A stretch of 64,000 bases of DNA from Mantamonas sphyraenae STR306 (GCA_026936335.1 JAPMXV010000038.1:198975-262974), one strand, 5' to 3'; shown: positions 26,701 to 41,300, counted from the stretch's first letter. The notes: generated from the sequence alone by a model not told the origin. Program-made: numbers and translations.

Positions 26701-29700
26701 CGTCCATGATGCGCATCCAAGTGCGCTCCATGGTCTGGTAGCGCTTGTACTCCTGGGGCATCTGCGAGGAGATGTCTTCGCTGGTAAAGATGGGCTCGAG
26801 GTACAGCCACTTGCCCTGGCAGACAAGCCACGTTTCGAGGATCTGCTGCACACTGAGCAGCTTGCGTTCCCAGGTGGCAATGTCGTTCTCAAAGGGCTTG
26901 CAGTACACGCTCATCTTCATGGTCTGTGTGGTCATGATCTGGTCGTCCAGGGTCTGCACAATCTCGTCGGTTGCGCGGATCTTGTACTTCTTCTTGTCTG
27001 CGTTGGGTTTGCCATGGGGCACCACCACAAACTGCATGTCCTCCCACACAGCCTGCATCTTGTGCAGGGTGCTCTCGATGTGATACTCCTTCATGGCCTG
27101 GTCGCTCCACTTGTTGATGACGTCGAGGTGGTCGTAGAGACCAAGAGCGAGGATCTTGACGAGGGTCATGTTGTCGTCCATGTTGATCTCGATGCCCAGC
27201 TCTTGCGACAGAGAGAACCAATGGCGGTCGCGCATGCCCGGGTTGCGCAAGGCAGTGATGAGTTTGACGTTTGGAGCAAACTCGTCCAGCTCATTCTTGA
27301 TGTTGGACGCGATGTCGTACAGGGGGGTGCCTCGGAATTGCTTCTGGACCTTGTAGATGGTGCGCGTGGAGGAGGTCATCTGCTGCTCGATCTCCTCGCC
27401 GTTGAGCGAGACAAACGGATCGTTGAACCACTTGTCCTGCCACGTGCGCCAGTTGCGCGCCGTGAGCCACAGGTTCTTGTACGGTTCAAAGTCGCTGGTC
27501 ATCTGCTTGAGGGCACGGTACTCTGTCTGTTGCTCGCCAAACAGGGTTTCGCGCTTGTTGTACAGGCGTGCCTTTGCGTTGCAGTTCTCCAGCAACTTGG
27601 CAATCTTGTCGACTTCTTCCGCGACCTGCTCGACAAGAGAAATGTCGGTGTGGATGCTGAAGCCAGCAATGACGCCGAGGAGCTCTTGCAACTCCTCGTC
27701 AAACGCCTCTTGGTCCTCCTCCATCTGCTTGCGGAAGCGGTTCATGTCAAACTCGATCAGCTTCTGGGTTTCCTCGATCTGGTCGGCAATCTTCTTGGGA
27801 CCGGAGAAGGCAATCCAGCGGATCTGAAAGTCCTCTGGGGACAGAGTATGACGGAATTCTTCGAGGACGTTGTAGTACTCGCCAACGTCGCGAATGTTCA
27901 TCTCAAGCTCGTGCAGAGTGTGCGGCAAAGTGTCGATGTAGTGCTTGAGCTCAAGCAGGTCCTCGATGGAGTGCGGGCGCTCGATGAGGCGTTTGAGGAC
28001 GTTGCCAAAGGTGCGGCAGATGTCGTCGGAGCGGTTGCGAGCACGACGTGCAATGAGACGGAGGACGAGGCCGGCGAGCTCGGAGCACTTGTCCGAGAGG
28101 AGGTGGCGCACGTTTTCGCAGTTGACAGAGTAGAGGCCGACGCTCTGTGTGATGGGGATCTGCTCCTCGACGAGACGCTTCATGTTGAGGTGGTTCTCGA
28201 CCTCGATCTTCAATGTGGTGATGTCGTGGTTCGCATCCTCGACCTCGGCCATGTGGGACTGGATGTCGAGCTGGATGAGCGGCACGTACTCCTCATACAT
28301 GGTGAGGTACTTGCCGAGGGGCCGGAGGGAGCGGCGCATGATGTGGACGATGCGCTTGCGCAGAGCTTCGACCTTGGGGTCGCCGCGACGTGTGCTGGGC
28401 AGGTAGCGAGTGTGCGTCCACAGCAGGTTGTTCTCCATGACGAGCTTTTCGAGCTGCTGGACGTTCTGGACACTCTCGAGCCCCTTGTCAAACAGGTCGA
28501 CGACAATGGTTTCGAAGGAGTCGAGGTTGTTGCTGAACGCAAAGGCGCGGTCGTCTTGGATGATGAGGTCAGTGACAAAGAGAGGCTGCTTGCGGGCAAT
28601 GCCTGTCTCGACGTTGCACTCCTGCAGAAAGTGCGAGTCTGCAAAGAGGGCGTACTCTCGCTGGCTGTAGCGGAGGACGACGTCCTTGGAAGAGGTGACT
28701 GCGACGGTGCCTGCGGCGGCGCTCTCGAGGAAGGCTGTGTAGCGCTCGAGGGAGGACTCGACCAGGAAACGCAGAGTGTCCTCCATGATGAGTTTGACCA
28801 TGACCATGAGTTTCTTGAGCTTGGAGACCTCGTAGACCTCCTTGTTTGTTTCGGAGAGGTTGAACCAGCCTTTGCCGACGTCCTTGAGCTTGCCACGGAT
28901 GGACGTCTTGAGAGTGAGGAGCCAGGACTCACGCAGATGGGTGGCGACGTTGGTGTACATCTGGGTCTGCAGCTGAGCAAACTCTTCGAGGCGGACGCTC
29001 TTTGTGATGGAATCGTTGAAGAGGGAGAAGCGCTCGAGGACGGTGTTGCAGTCTTCGCGGATCTTTTGGAGGGCGAGGACAACAGCTTTTGTGGTGAGGA
29101 AGCTCTGGAAGGCAAAACGACGAAAGTTGTCCTCGTAGTTGAAGCCGTCAATGAAGACGGTGGCGCGGTCTGGGATGGCCATGTGTGTCGCAAGAGACTC
29201 TGGCAGAGTCATGTTCTTGAGGAGCTTGCGCTTGCGCGAGTCCTGGAGCATGGAGGCCAGAGTGATCTTGTTGATGGTGCGGCTGTAGTCGATGTTGACC
29301 TCGTGGAGGAGGGAGGAGGTGTCAAACGTTTTGTCCTTGAACTGACGGACAGAAAAGGCGCGTTTGTACATGCGCGTGACAATGTCCTTGTCCAACGGGT
29401 CGAGGTCTTCCACGGGCATGCTGTCAATGTACAGGTTTGTGCGCATGTCGATCTCTGCCTGACTGCGAGCCTCGTGGGCTTTTCGCACACGTTTTGCAAA
29501 GAGGAACGGGTCCTCTGCGGTGAACATGAGGTTGATTCTGGGTGGAGTGGAGTGCAATGGAGGGAGAAAGGAAGGAGGGAGGGTGTGAGAGGGCGGTGTG
29601 GGATGGGGAATGCTGCGTCAAGCGAGCGGAGCCTGGCCGCGGTTTCGGGATGCGGTTGGGAGAAGAACGCAGGCAAGGCAAGAGGAAACTCACTTGGGCA

Positions 29701-31279
29701 CCCAGAACTCGCTGGCGTGACGGTCATACTCGACCTCGACGAGAAAGAGATCCTGGAATTGGTCGTAGTCGTACATCTTGCAGCGCTTCCAGACGTAGTT
29801 GCCGTTGAGGTCTTGAACGAGACACTTTGCCGGGACGTAGGAGTAGGAGCCATCGTCCATGAGGCGAAGGTCGAGCCACTCGCGAGGAGTGCGTGTGTCG
29901 AGGTCTGCGTCGTCAAAGTACTCGAGCGGGAGCATGGTGACGTACTCGTTGTGCTCGAGCTGGTTTGTGCCGTCGTAGGTGATGTGTTCGAGAGAAGCAA
30001 GGAGCTGCTGGATGTCCTCGCTTGCAAAGAGACGTTTCTTGCGCTCGATCTCGATCTTGCGAGGGGTCTGGCCGGCACGTGCGACAAAGGGAATCATGAC
30101 CTTGGGCTCGATTGCTTTGGGGTTAAAACGCTTGGCAGCACGCTGCTCGGCCTTGAGCTGTGCGATGCGCTGGGCCTGGTAGAACTCGTCCTGGTCTGTT
30201 TCGTAGGCAGAGCTTGTGGTGGAGGAGGTGGCGGCGCGGTAAAGGTCGACGTGGGGCGCGCCGAGATCGTCGCTGCCGGCTTCGCTGTACGAGTCGTAGT
30301 CGTCGTCGGTGACGTCTTCGTCGTCGGTGACGTCTTCTTCGTCGTCATCGACAGGCACCTCTTGCACCGGTTGTGCGGTTGTGCCGTCCGAGCTGGCAGG
30401 CTGGCCGGCAGAGGCGGCTGCGTTGGCGGAGGAAGAGGAGGAAGAGGACGGGGCGGCAGGTTCAACGGCTTCCTGCGTTTTGGGGCCCTCCTGCGTGCGC
30501 GGAGGCGATGATGACGAGGGCTGGTCGGCATCATCGTCTGCAGTGGAGTCTTGGTCATCGTTGCGAGAGCTACGCTGGGCAGCAAGGTCGACAATGGAGG
30601 CCTTGGAGCTGCCGGAGTAGGGCTTTGAGCGGATGCGTGTGTCGAAACTGTGGCCGAGGTTGAGACGCAGGGAGGAGACGGACGGGGCACGTTGGACCTG
30701 CTGGGAACCAGCCTCACGGCGTGCGGTCTTGAGCAAGCGGATGCCCTTGGGCCCGACGATGTCCTTGACCTCGTAGGCGTCGAGGATGTCGCTCATGGTG
30801 TCTGTGTACACGCCCTTGGTGGTCGGAGACTGCGTGCCGGGCTGAGGAGACACGCTGGGACTCTTGGGCGGAGCAATAGAGGAGCGTCTGCGGCGCGGAC
30901 TGCTCGGGCTCGCTGCAGGAAAGGCGGCAAACGGGGTGTGAGCGTCCAACGGAATTTGAGGGGTGCGAGCACAACGGCCGGGAGCCCTGCGATGGGCATG
31001 GGTGGGGCGAACATGGCAAGGCCCAGTGGATGTCGAGGCAACCAGCGTGGAGTTGCGCGATGTAACGGGGCCTCAGGGTAAGGTGTGGAGATGGAACGGG
31101 ATGGTGAAAGAAGCATGGCGCGAAAACGCACATCGTTGAAGAATTTCAGAGGCGAACCGGGAGGGAGCCTGGCCAGAGGCAAGTTTGCTGTTCCACTCCT
31201 TGGCATAGTCCTTGGAGGGAGTGGATGGGGACAAAGAGTTTGTGTCCGTGTCGACGCTAAGGACCTTGCGCGAAGACAT
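17744..31279 (-). CDS. DNAH1: Axonemal inner-arm dynein heavy chain, DNAH1-type
   Basis: P-loops GPAGTGKT, GPTGAGKT, GQTGTSKS, GMGGSGRQS. DNAH1-type N-terminus PKV.IPF....GQTPRKIEIERKK. Inferred introns 31131-30913 and 29693-29538. Confidence 0.93.
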
Positions 31280-31509
31280 TGTTGGGTTGTGCGGGTGAGC
31301 GAGGTCGGTGGACAGCGCATGTGGAGGTGGAAGAGGGTTTTGAAAATGGCAAGACGACGACACGGAGTATGTGTGGCACGTTGGAGATGGACACTTGGGA
31401 AATGGCCGCTCGAGGAGGAGTGACGGGGGCGAAGGGGGTGTGGTTGGGGCTGTGCAGGCGAAGTTGGCGCCAGCAAAAGCAGCACTGGCACGCAGAGGCA
31501 ATCCACAGC

Positions 31510-34231
31510 ATGAGCAACGGCAACACAGTGCAGTCGCTGCAGTCTGGCTCCGGCACAGGAAACGGAGGTGGAGAGAGCGGCGAGAGCGGGAGCGGGAGAG
31601 GATGGGGCTTCGGCGCGTCGTGGGCGGCAGGCGACAAAACGTCGACGACGTGGGCACAAGCAATGGAGAGCGAGTCAAGCGGGGAAGGTGAGAGTGGGCA
31701 GGGTGGCGGAAAGGCGGGAGGGGCAAGCAACAAGAAGCAAAGCGGAGGACGAGGTGGGTTTGCGTGCAAGGGTGGCGCGCGCATTTTTGGCAAAGAGGGA
31801 AGGGCCAGGCAGTGGGGTCGAAGGGGCGGCGGAGGCAGGCGCGCAGATGGTGTGCACATGCACAAACGGATGAGAGAGGCACACGGGTGTGAGGGGAGAA
31901 GGGTTTGCAGGTGACTGACATGGATTCGGGGCATGCACAGGGCAAGAGGCGAAGCAGGGGGGCAAAGGCGGGAATGGGTACGGCGGGTTCAGCGGCGGAA
32001 GCTGGGCAGAGATGGTAGACGAAGAGGATGTGCCTGTGGTGCGCACGACGTCGAGCAACCGCAGTGGCTCTGGTGGAGGGCGCAGCACAAGCACCGTGAG
32101 CAGTGGAGGAAACCGTGAGGGCGGCGGGAAGGTGGCGGTGGGGAGCTGGGGTGGGCGAGGAACAGGAGCAGGTGGACGGCACGGGGGAGGTGGAGGCGGA
32201 GGCGGAGGCGGAGGCGGGGGCAGCAACAAGACCAGTGCGGGAGGCGGAAACACGTATGTGCCGCCGAATAAGCGTCCCAACGCAAGCGGGAGCACGAAGA
32301 AGAGCGGCCAACCGGTGATTGGCTCGTGGGGCGACTTGGAAAGGGGTTCGTCGTGGCGCAACAAGGGACAAACAGGAGGTGGATACATGAGCAAGTCGCA
32401 CCATAACCACCACCATCATCTTGTGAAAGGGGCAAAGCCGCCGGAAGAAGCGGAAGCCGCGGTGAGGAAGCGACAGGAGGCTGAGAGGAAGAGGAAGGAA
32501 GCAGAGGATGCAGCACGTAAGGCACAGGCAGAAGAGGAAGAAAGGAAGAGGTTGGCGGCAGAGGAAGAGGAGAAGAAGAGGAAGGAGGCGGAAGAGGAGG
32601 AGGCAAAGAAGAAGCAACAGCAGCAGGTGAACCAGCTGATGGAAGAGATGAACGAGCGGTGGAAGGTGCTACAACAGGAGCAAAACACACTGCAGGAACA
32701 ACGACAGCAGCTGTATGTGCTGCAGAATCAGGTGCACCAGACTCTGCACCAAGCGCAACTTGTGCTGAACAGCCCAATGAGCACCGCAGAGATGCAGATG
32801 CAGGCGACTCAAACGCTGAACTGGTGTATCATGCAGCAACAGCAAGCGGCAGGCAAGAAGCAGTTTGTGGAGATGGCGCTCGGGCGAGCGCAGCAGGAGG
32901 CGGAGATGCTGCGTGGACACGCACACATGTTGACGCAAACGGGAGACGTACAGGCAGTGCTGAAAGCACAAGCTCAGGCAACACAGCAGCTGCAGGCACA
33001 GGTGGCGCAACAGCAAGCGGCAGCGGCGCAGAACCACATGGGAGGTGGGACGACGAACAGCAACGGCAATGGGAAGGGCGGAGGATGGGGAGAACAGCAG
33101 GTGCAAGGCGGTGTTCAGCAGGGGAACCAAGGGCAGGGTGGGATGCAGGCGCAGGCGCAGGCGGCGCAGGTGGGATTTGGCTCGTCGGGGGTGTCGTCTG
33201 GTGGGGGCCAGCAGCGCATGGGCAGCTACAAGGAGGATGAGGAACGATTCATTTCGGGTGTGCTTGCAAGCGAGGGATCTGAGGACACGACGGGGCCGAT
33301 TGGAGTTGGAGGGGCGTTTGGAGGGAGCGGTGTGATGGGTGGTGGGTGGAACAGCAACCAAGTGCTGGGCGGCAGCACGTTTACGGTGTTGAACACAATG
33401 GGGGGAGGCGGAGGAGGGGGCACGGTGTCGAGCACATCGACGTCTGGGTCGTCGTCGGGCCAGTTTGGGATGAACATCAACTCGCCGGCGTACATCCCGC
33501 GTGCGATGCGTCTGAAGCTGGCGGCTGAGAAGAAGGCAAAGGAGGAAGCCAGTGCGAAGGAGGAGGTCAAGGTAGAGGAGAGCAAGGTGGAGGAGAACAA
33601 GGTGGTGGTGGAGCCGAAGAAACCCGCGTGGTCGACGGGCAACTTTGCAGCGCAGCTGGGAGGCGGCGGTGGACAAGTTGTTGAGGAAGCACAGGAGGAA
33701 GAGGAGGCGCAAGTTGAGGAGGGGGTACATGTGGAGGAGGAGGAACAGAGCAAGAGCAGCCATGGGCGGCAGATCAAGGGTGGGAAGCGTGGCAACACGT
33801 ACCACAAAAAGGGCGGACAAGGGGTGGGCCCTCGCAAGAGCGGTGGACGTGGAGGAGGAGGCGGCGGCGGGGCGGGCGGCAACACGGACAACGCCAACGG
33901 CAACAAGACGAAGAAGCCGTTGCGGGAGCACTCGCTGGAGTCGTTTGGGACGAGCAGGGTGTACAACGGGCGTGGGGGTAGCAGCGGAGGAGGAGGAGGT
34001 GGTGGTGGTGGTGGTGGTGGTGGTGGTGGCAATGCGTCCGGTGGTGCTCGTGGACAGCACCACCAGAGCGGTCGTGGAGGCCATGGTGGTCGACGCGGAG
34101 GTGGACGCGGAGGAGGTGGTGCTGGTGGTGGACGACAGTACGGTCGCCAGCAGAGCTCAGGCGGACGTCGAGGAGGTGGGGGACAGCAGCGTGGAGGAGG
34201 GGACAAGCATGCGAGCCATTTCGGCAAGTGA
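31510..34231 (+). CDS. Low-complexity RNA-granule-type protein (W-motifs, Q-rich coiled coil, PAM2-like motif, RGG tail)
   Basis: ORF 32012-34231 extends upstream in frame to the acceptor at 31940. Inferred exon 1 from ATG 31510. Contains YVPP, MNINSPAYIP and many RGG. Confidence 0.65.
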
Positions 34232-34274
34232 AGAATGAAGGCAAAGATCCAGGGCAATCATTTTGTTGATTTCA

Positions 34275-35221
34275 TCAGAAGAACAGGGCAGAAGGAGCAC
34301 CAGTGTATGCGTAGAGAGAGTCGAATGCAGAAGGAAAGACCCACTTTGGCTGCTCGAATGTGTCTTGCTGCTGCTCCTGCTTTTCGTCTTTCGTCACAAA
34401 GACGGGTTCGGCAAGGTGGAGGAGTTGGGCAAGGACGACAGACTCGGAGAGATTGTCGCCCTCCGTGGTCATGGCAATGAGTTCAAGAAGGGGAACCTCC
34501 TGCACGGCGCACAACTCAAGGAGTTGGCGGGTGATGGTGCGCTGGCCAAGAATATGGCCGTACTCGAGGTCGTCGTCCATGAGCTCGGCCTCCATCTCGG
34601 CAATGCCAGCTGCAGAAAGAGTGGAGACGTCATACTGGGCTGTGGCCACGTAGCGCAGTTGTTTGCCTCGGACATTGCCCAGGGTGAGGTTGTTCGTGAT
34701 GGCCACGCTGGACAGGAGGACAATGCGGTCGATGCCCTTGTCGTGCACGAGAGCCATGATATCTTCGATAAACTCGTCGAGTTTTCCCTGTGGGGTGCGG
34801 GGTTTGGACGTGTGGTTGCAGTGAGCGGCAGGCGGAAGAGGGGGAGCCTGGGCAAGTCGGAATGGGCGGGGGGACAAGCAGCATGGAGAAGGCGAGCACA
34901 TACAGCAGTGACAGGCGTGCGCTGCTGGAGGATGTACATGTCCAGAGGTTGGCTGTAGAACAGCTCGAGGGCTGTGGAGAGGGTGCTGGAGGACTGCTTG
35001 CTGGTGAGGAGGTTTGTGTAGGCGTTGTTGCCCACCATGGGTTGGACCCAGAGCGAGTCGACAGGGCCCTGCGCCTCGAGGGTGTCGTTTGCAGTCATGG
35101 TGGCGAGGAGGATATCCACGGCCAGCTGGCCGACGTTTCCTGTGGAGACGGCGGGGAGAACAAGGACGGGCATCCGGGGATCAAGCGGTTTGTGGTGGTT
35201 CTGATGGGGACATGCAAGCAT
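34275..35221 (-). CDS. PSMG2: Proteasome assembly chaperone 2 (PAC2)
   Basis: LVLPAVSTGNVGQLAVDILL, PMVGNN, TALELF, QQRTP, EGDN. Intron 34903-34788; start could be 35221 or 35173. Confidence 0.88.
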
Positions 35222-35327
35222 TAACGGGAAACGAAGTACGGGAAACGCTTGATGATGACGTGAGCTGGTGCAAAGGTGGCTACGTGGGATGTGAAGCCCG
35301 CGGGAGGGCAAAACATCGCTACAGAGC

Positions 35328-38300
35328 ATGGCACACTCACAAGCAGATAAGCTGTCGGTGTGCATCAATCTACACTCGAACCATGAGGAGATCGAGTCAC
35401 TGTTGAGGTCTCTGTTTCAGGCGTTGGAGTCGGAAACGGTGGAGGAGAAGGAGGTGCTGGAGGCGCTGAACTGGTGCGAGTGGATCATGTTTGGCAGCAA
35501 CCCAGAAGAGGCCAAAAAGGAACACAAGCAGGTATGTTTGTCGCCGGGGCAAAGGGGGGCAGAGAGCGCGTCTGTGTGAGCGCAGGGCTGAAAGTGGGCT
35601 GGCGGTGCCAGATTCCGGCGAGGCGGCCGCTGACACATAGATGGGGTGCCGTGGGATGGCCGGGGTGCACACAGGCTGCAGAGGAGCGCATGACGTGCTG
35701 CACGGTGGTGTGGAAACAACTGCAGGTGGCGTACAGGTGCCTGACGTGCCAAAAGTCAAACAGCTCGTGCATCTGCATCGACTGCTTCAACGCAGGCGAC
35801 CACAAGGGCCATGACTTTCGCATGTACAAATCAGACTGTGGCGGATCGTGCGACTGTGGTGACGTGACGGCGTGGAAAGAGTCTGGGTAAGGGGGTGGGG
35901 GTGGAAGGCTTTTGTGAGCGTGTGTGTGTGTGTGAGAGAAGGCGAGAGTGCGGAGGAGGCGGCGTTTCCCCTCTGCCGCAGCTGCCGGATCATGCTCACA
36001 CCATGCGTGCACACGCCGACACACTGGTAGGTTCTGCTCGAGACACGCAGGGCCGAATCTGGACAGTGACCCGGCAGAGTATCTGGACAGCACGACGCGT
36101 GGGGCGAGCTCGGAGGTGCTGGCGTTCACGCTGCGGTGGGCGGTCCAGGCGGCGGCAAAGTGCACGGTGTGGCACGAGCGGGCCAATCTCTACCCGTCGA
36201 CTCTGGCAAAGACGGTACGCAGGGTTTTCCTGTGGATGGAGGAGATTGGGTACCTCTCGGACTCGTTCCGATCGCTGTTTGGCGAGGCGCTTCAGCAAGA
36301 GGCGGAGTTGATGCAGGCGCCGTATGCGGCTGAGTGCCTGAAACTGGAGGAAGAACTGCACGAGGAGGACATCCAAATTGCACTGTGGGACAACTACACA
36401 CTGTTGCTTACGCTGCTGCCTCGCGAGCTGCTGGAAGAGGTGACGGCGTTGCTGTTGCAGTTGCTTTGTGATCTTCGCTTCAAACGCAAGTATGCGCATG
36501 TGTTCTTCCGGTGGTACTACGTGCTGAACCACGCCGTCATGCAGGGCAAGCGGCATCCTGAAACACGACGTGGCACATCTGCATCTGGCAGATGAGCTGG
36601 TTGAGTACTACGAAGCGCATCCGCAGCACGTGCCGCCCACAGACATCCGCTACGCCACGGACCGTATTACGTGCCAGATCCTGTCCATTTCAGACCTTGT
36701 GCTGACGCTGGTGCACGAGCACTATTTAATGGATCAGGTGCTGGGCGCGTGTGAAATGTTCTTTTCCCTGTCGACAATGTTGGTGAGTCTGGAAACAGGC
36801 GCACGAGTGGAAGAGGACGAAGGCGACGACAATGAGGAAGAAGAACCGGCGGGGACGCTGCGGATCATCGACAGCGACCACACGCTGATTGAGAATCGGC
36901 TGTTTTCGCGAGCGGTGGACGACCTGGAACTGGTGATGGAGCATCCGCTGGTGGTGCACTATCTTCTGACGCAGCGTACAGACTTGCTGTTGCGGTGGCT
37001 GAGGGCGGTTTCGATGAGCCACCAGATGAATGGGAATGTGAGGCGTCGGCCGTCGCAGGGCCATGTAGGCTACGACACAAACTCGTGGAACTGGGCGTTC
37101 TCGGTCGAGTTTGAGTCGATGATCTCTGTTGACCGCGTGATCAAAGGACTCAAGTGCATCCTGAGCGGATCGGTGGACGACCTGACGCTGAGTGAGGAGG
37201 ACGTTGGGCAGCTGCTGAACAAGACGCTTGATGTGGCGGTGCAGCATCTGCAGTACCTGGAGGAGCGTGCTGGCAAGCAGGTGCAGTTCATCGCGCAAGT
37301 GCGCAAGGGCTTTGGGTTGGGCGGCGGAAAGGCGAACCATGTCGAGTTGGCGTCACTGGAGCCAGACACGCTCCCGCGGGCCGTGAGTTTCCACCTGCCT
37401 CTGCATCGCGTGCTGGCGTCGCTTTTGTATCCATGCGCAAGTGCACAGCCGCAAGCGACCCTGGATGCGCTGCGGGAGCATCTCTCGACAAACGCAGCGT
37501 TGCTGGTGCTGGAGTATCCGCTGCGGCTGCACAGGACTTTGGCGGAGATTGCGGCAGGAATGTGGCGGCTGAACGGAACCGGGATCGAGAGGCAGTTTGT
37601 GTTGTACAATAGCGCTCTGTGCGTGGACTATGCGAGGGACAACGACATGTTTGCTATGCAGGTGGCGGCGCTGCGGCTGGGGCACGCAACAACGCTTGCA
37701 CAGGTCGTGGAGAGGTTCCAGCTTCTGACGTGGATGCGCACACGCATGGTGGGAAGCAAGACGGACGACGAGGAAGAAGATGAGGACTGGAAGCGGATCC
37801 GGGTGTCGATGATTGAGAACTGCCTGCGTTTCGTTGGCATGCTTGTGTTTGAGCGGGCGCGGATTGGGTTGAGCGAGTACCAAGAGGTACGGCGTGAACT
37901 TGTGCACGCGCTGGCGGCACGTGACAGCACACACTCGCAGCTGCTGGATGCGTGCTGCTCGCGCATTGCACAGTCGTTCCATTTTGATCAGGCGCTTGAA
38001 GACGTGGCAAGCACCAACGAGGCGGCGGTGGGGATGGACGGAAGCTACGGCCCTCGGCGATACCAGCTGAAGGCCGAGTGCTGGACAGAATTTGATCCCT
38101 TCTTTGCGCACTACTGGGAGCGAGACCGTCAGCACGCGCAGGAGCGGTTTGAGGTTGCGCGGAAGCGATCCAAAGCGAAGCGCAGGCGTGGAGAGGACGT
38201 GGAGGGCGAAGCGGGTAGCTCGGAGGGTACGGGCGAGCTGCCGCCGTTCCGTGTGCCACATGCAGCGTTCGAGGCGTTTGCACCGATCACAGACATGTTG

Positions 38301-41300
38301 CACACGCCAGGGATGCACCGCATCTTTTATCTCACGCTGCATGCCGCGCTGTACGACAACCAGGTGTGGAGCGAAACGCAGCTGTACTATGTGTTGTACC
38401 TGATGAATGTGGCGCTGGAGCTGCCGCCGCACGAGAGCAGTGGCGAGGCGGAGAATGAGGCGGTAAATGGGTCCGAGGCAGGAGTATGCGCCTCGTTTGA
38501 CAGGATTCCGCTGTACAGCAACTCGCTTGCAGAAAACATGTGCGCAGAGGTGGAATTTGCCAAGCGGGAGCTGGAGGAGGAAGATGCGAGCAACGAGGAG
38601 GAGGAGGAGGAGAAGGAGGTGGAGACAGTGCGACATTCGATGGTGAGCATGTTGGTGAAGATGGTGGACCCGAAGAGTGCGTTGGAGCTGAGCGAAGAAC
38701 AGAGAGATCTCGTGCAGGCGTTGCTGAACAGCCTGAAGAAAAAGAACGGGCGGGCGCGCAAGCTGATCAACAAGCTGACGGGGACCAAGAGCAAGAAGGA
38801 AAGCGAACGGGAAAAGAGGAAGCGCCTGGCGAAGCAGCGACAACAAGCGATGCTAGCCAAGTTCACGGCGATGCAAAACTCGTTCATGGACAGTGTGGGT
38901 GACGCAGACGGAGATGTGGGCAGCAGCAGCAAGGAGGAGGAGGAGGACGGGATGGAGGTGGCTGGGGTGCATGACGAGTCGTCGACATCCTCGTCGACGT
39001 CGTCATCGATGTCGTCGTCGTCGTTGTTGTCGCACAAGCGAAAGCACAGGCTGGTGAGCACGGATTCGGATCTGGGGGGCGAGGAGTCCGGGAGTGTGTC
39101 TGTTCACAGCCACGTGCTGCGTAGTCTGGATAGCATCCAGGAAGCAGTGTCTGTGACGGACCAGGAGTGTGCACTGTGTCGCGGAGAGGCTGAAGGGTCT
39201 GGGGTACTGTGCCTGGTGTCGTGGGTGCAGCAGTCGTCGCTGCTTGCGCAGGTGCATCGGAACACACGCGGTTTAGGATCTCGTTTGCTGCAACCTGTAA
39301 CGGGGTTGGAGACAGAGAGCACTTCTGAGGCAGCAACAGGTGATCCCATGGATGTGCAAGAGACAGGAAACACGGGGGAGGCGAGGGCGGAGGAAGAGGA
39401 GGTGGAGGAGGTTGAGGAGGTTGAGGAGCAGGCAGAAAGCCAGGGAGAGAGCCTCAACTCGCCGTTGCGTACAATGTGGCTGTTAAGCAGGCAGAGGGAC
39501 AACGACGCTCAGGAGGTGGGGGAAACGCCTGTGCCGAACGGGAAGCCGACGGTGGACGTACTGTCGTGTGGGCACTACATCCACAACGTGTGCTACGAGC
39601 GGTACTACACGTCGTTGCTACGCCGGCGACTGCGAGGGCAAAGCTACGAAGGCGACAACTGCATTTCGCTCGAGTTTGGGCAGTTTCTGTGTCCTGTGTG
39701 CCGGCGACTGTCGAACGCCGTGATGCCTGTGCAGCAGGTGCGGCCCCGCACGCAGCTGTATGGTCATCCTCGGCAAGATGAGGAGGGGCAGATGAAGCCA
39801 GAGGAGCCAACAGGGCAAGAAGAAGACGTGCAAAAGGGGCTGCGGATGTACAATGCGTGGGAGGCGTTGTTGAACAGGATCGGGTCGGAATGGTGGAGGC
39901 GGTGGCACTGGAGCGCGTTTGCTGACGCAGACGTACACACGCCGCTGTTTCTCGCATCCACCAGCCTCGCTTCGTGCGTGGCACATCTGGAGGTGGCGTT
40001 GCGGGAGCGTCTGCAGGTGGATCCGGTGGCCGGCAACTGCAAGTCACTGGTTGAAGGTGGAACGACGAGCAGCAGTAGCAGCAGTGGTAGTAGGAGTAGT
40101 AGCAGCAGTGGCAGCAACAGCAGTAGCAGTAGCAGTAGCAGTAGCAGTAGCAGTAGCAGTAGCAGTAGCAGTAGCAGTAGCAGCAGCAGCAGCAGCAGTG
40201 ATGAGAGTGGAAGTGAGATTGCTGTGCAGAGCGTGCTGCTGTGCTTGACGAACCACCAAGTGTCGATGCTGCTTGCAATGGCGCGCAACTGCCTGGCGTG
40301 GCCTGTGCAGGGGTCGAGGGCAGATCTGGTGGGTGGAACAAAGGAAACTCACGGCATTCTGGTGGAGGCGCTGCAGAGTGGAGGCGTTCTGCGGTTTGGG
40401 TCGCGCGTGCATTCCTTGCTGGGTATCGATGCGTTGGAGCTTCTCGTGCGGTTGGTGGTGCTGCATCCGTCGCATGCAATGGCATACAGCGAGCTGACAG
40501 AGTATATCCGGCTGTGTTTCAGGCTGACGGTGGTTCAGGCTGGAGTGTACATGGGTAGGCATGGCAAGGTGACACGGTCGCAAGTGGGCGAGTGGATGGA
40601 GGAGGTGAGGAACGCAGCGAGCTTGGGTGAGGTTGGGCAGGCGCTTGCTGGCATGCGTGCTGGGGAGGGCAGAGAGGAGCGGACGTCGGCAGAGGCGCAG
40701 CGAGAGATGGTCTCGCTGTGTCTGCCGTTTTTGAGGCGTGCAAGACTGTTGCTGTTTGCCATCCTTGCACTGCAGGGTGTTGAGGACACGGGCCTGTGGG
40801 AGCAGGTGGAAGCGGGGATGGATGTGGACCAGGCTACGTGTGCAGACGCTGCGGCACGTGAAATGGAGCAGTTGCAGCGTGAGATGAGCTTGGAGACGCC
40901 GCAGGGAGGGTACTTGGGAGAAGGAGCAGATGAGTTTGTGGCAAATGCCCTGATGGGTGCTTACGGGGCGTCGGACAGCGCAGGCGAATTGCAACCGAGC
41001 ATTGAGCCTGCAGTGCGCCCGTCGCTGATCGAACTTCCAGAAACGTTTCAAGAACTGTTTCTGATGTACAACGAGCGACAGTGCGCACGGTGCAAACGGG
41101 TGCCGAAAGTGCCGGCGGTTTGTCTGGTGTGCGGAACGCTGTGCTGCCGCAACGAGACGTGCTGCAACGTGGGACCTCTGGATGAGTGCAACATGCATGC
41201 ATTCAACTGTGGGTCGGGCAGAGGGCTGTTCCTGCTGATGCGCAGTTCGCAGGTGATCATGTTGCGGGACGACCGGCGCGCCATTTGGCCGTCCCCGTTT

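Noticed and set aside
18701-30511. Very long antisense ORFs (1014 and 1368 aa), also 45701-48436 and 59927-62329
   Set aside because: Shadow frames of GC3-biased real genes on the opposite strand, with no recognisable domains.
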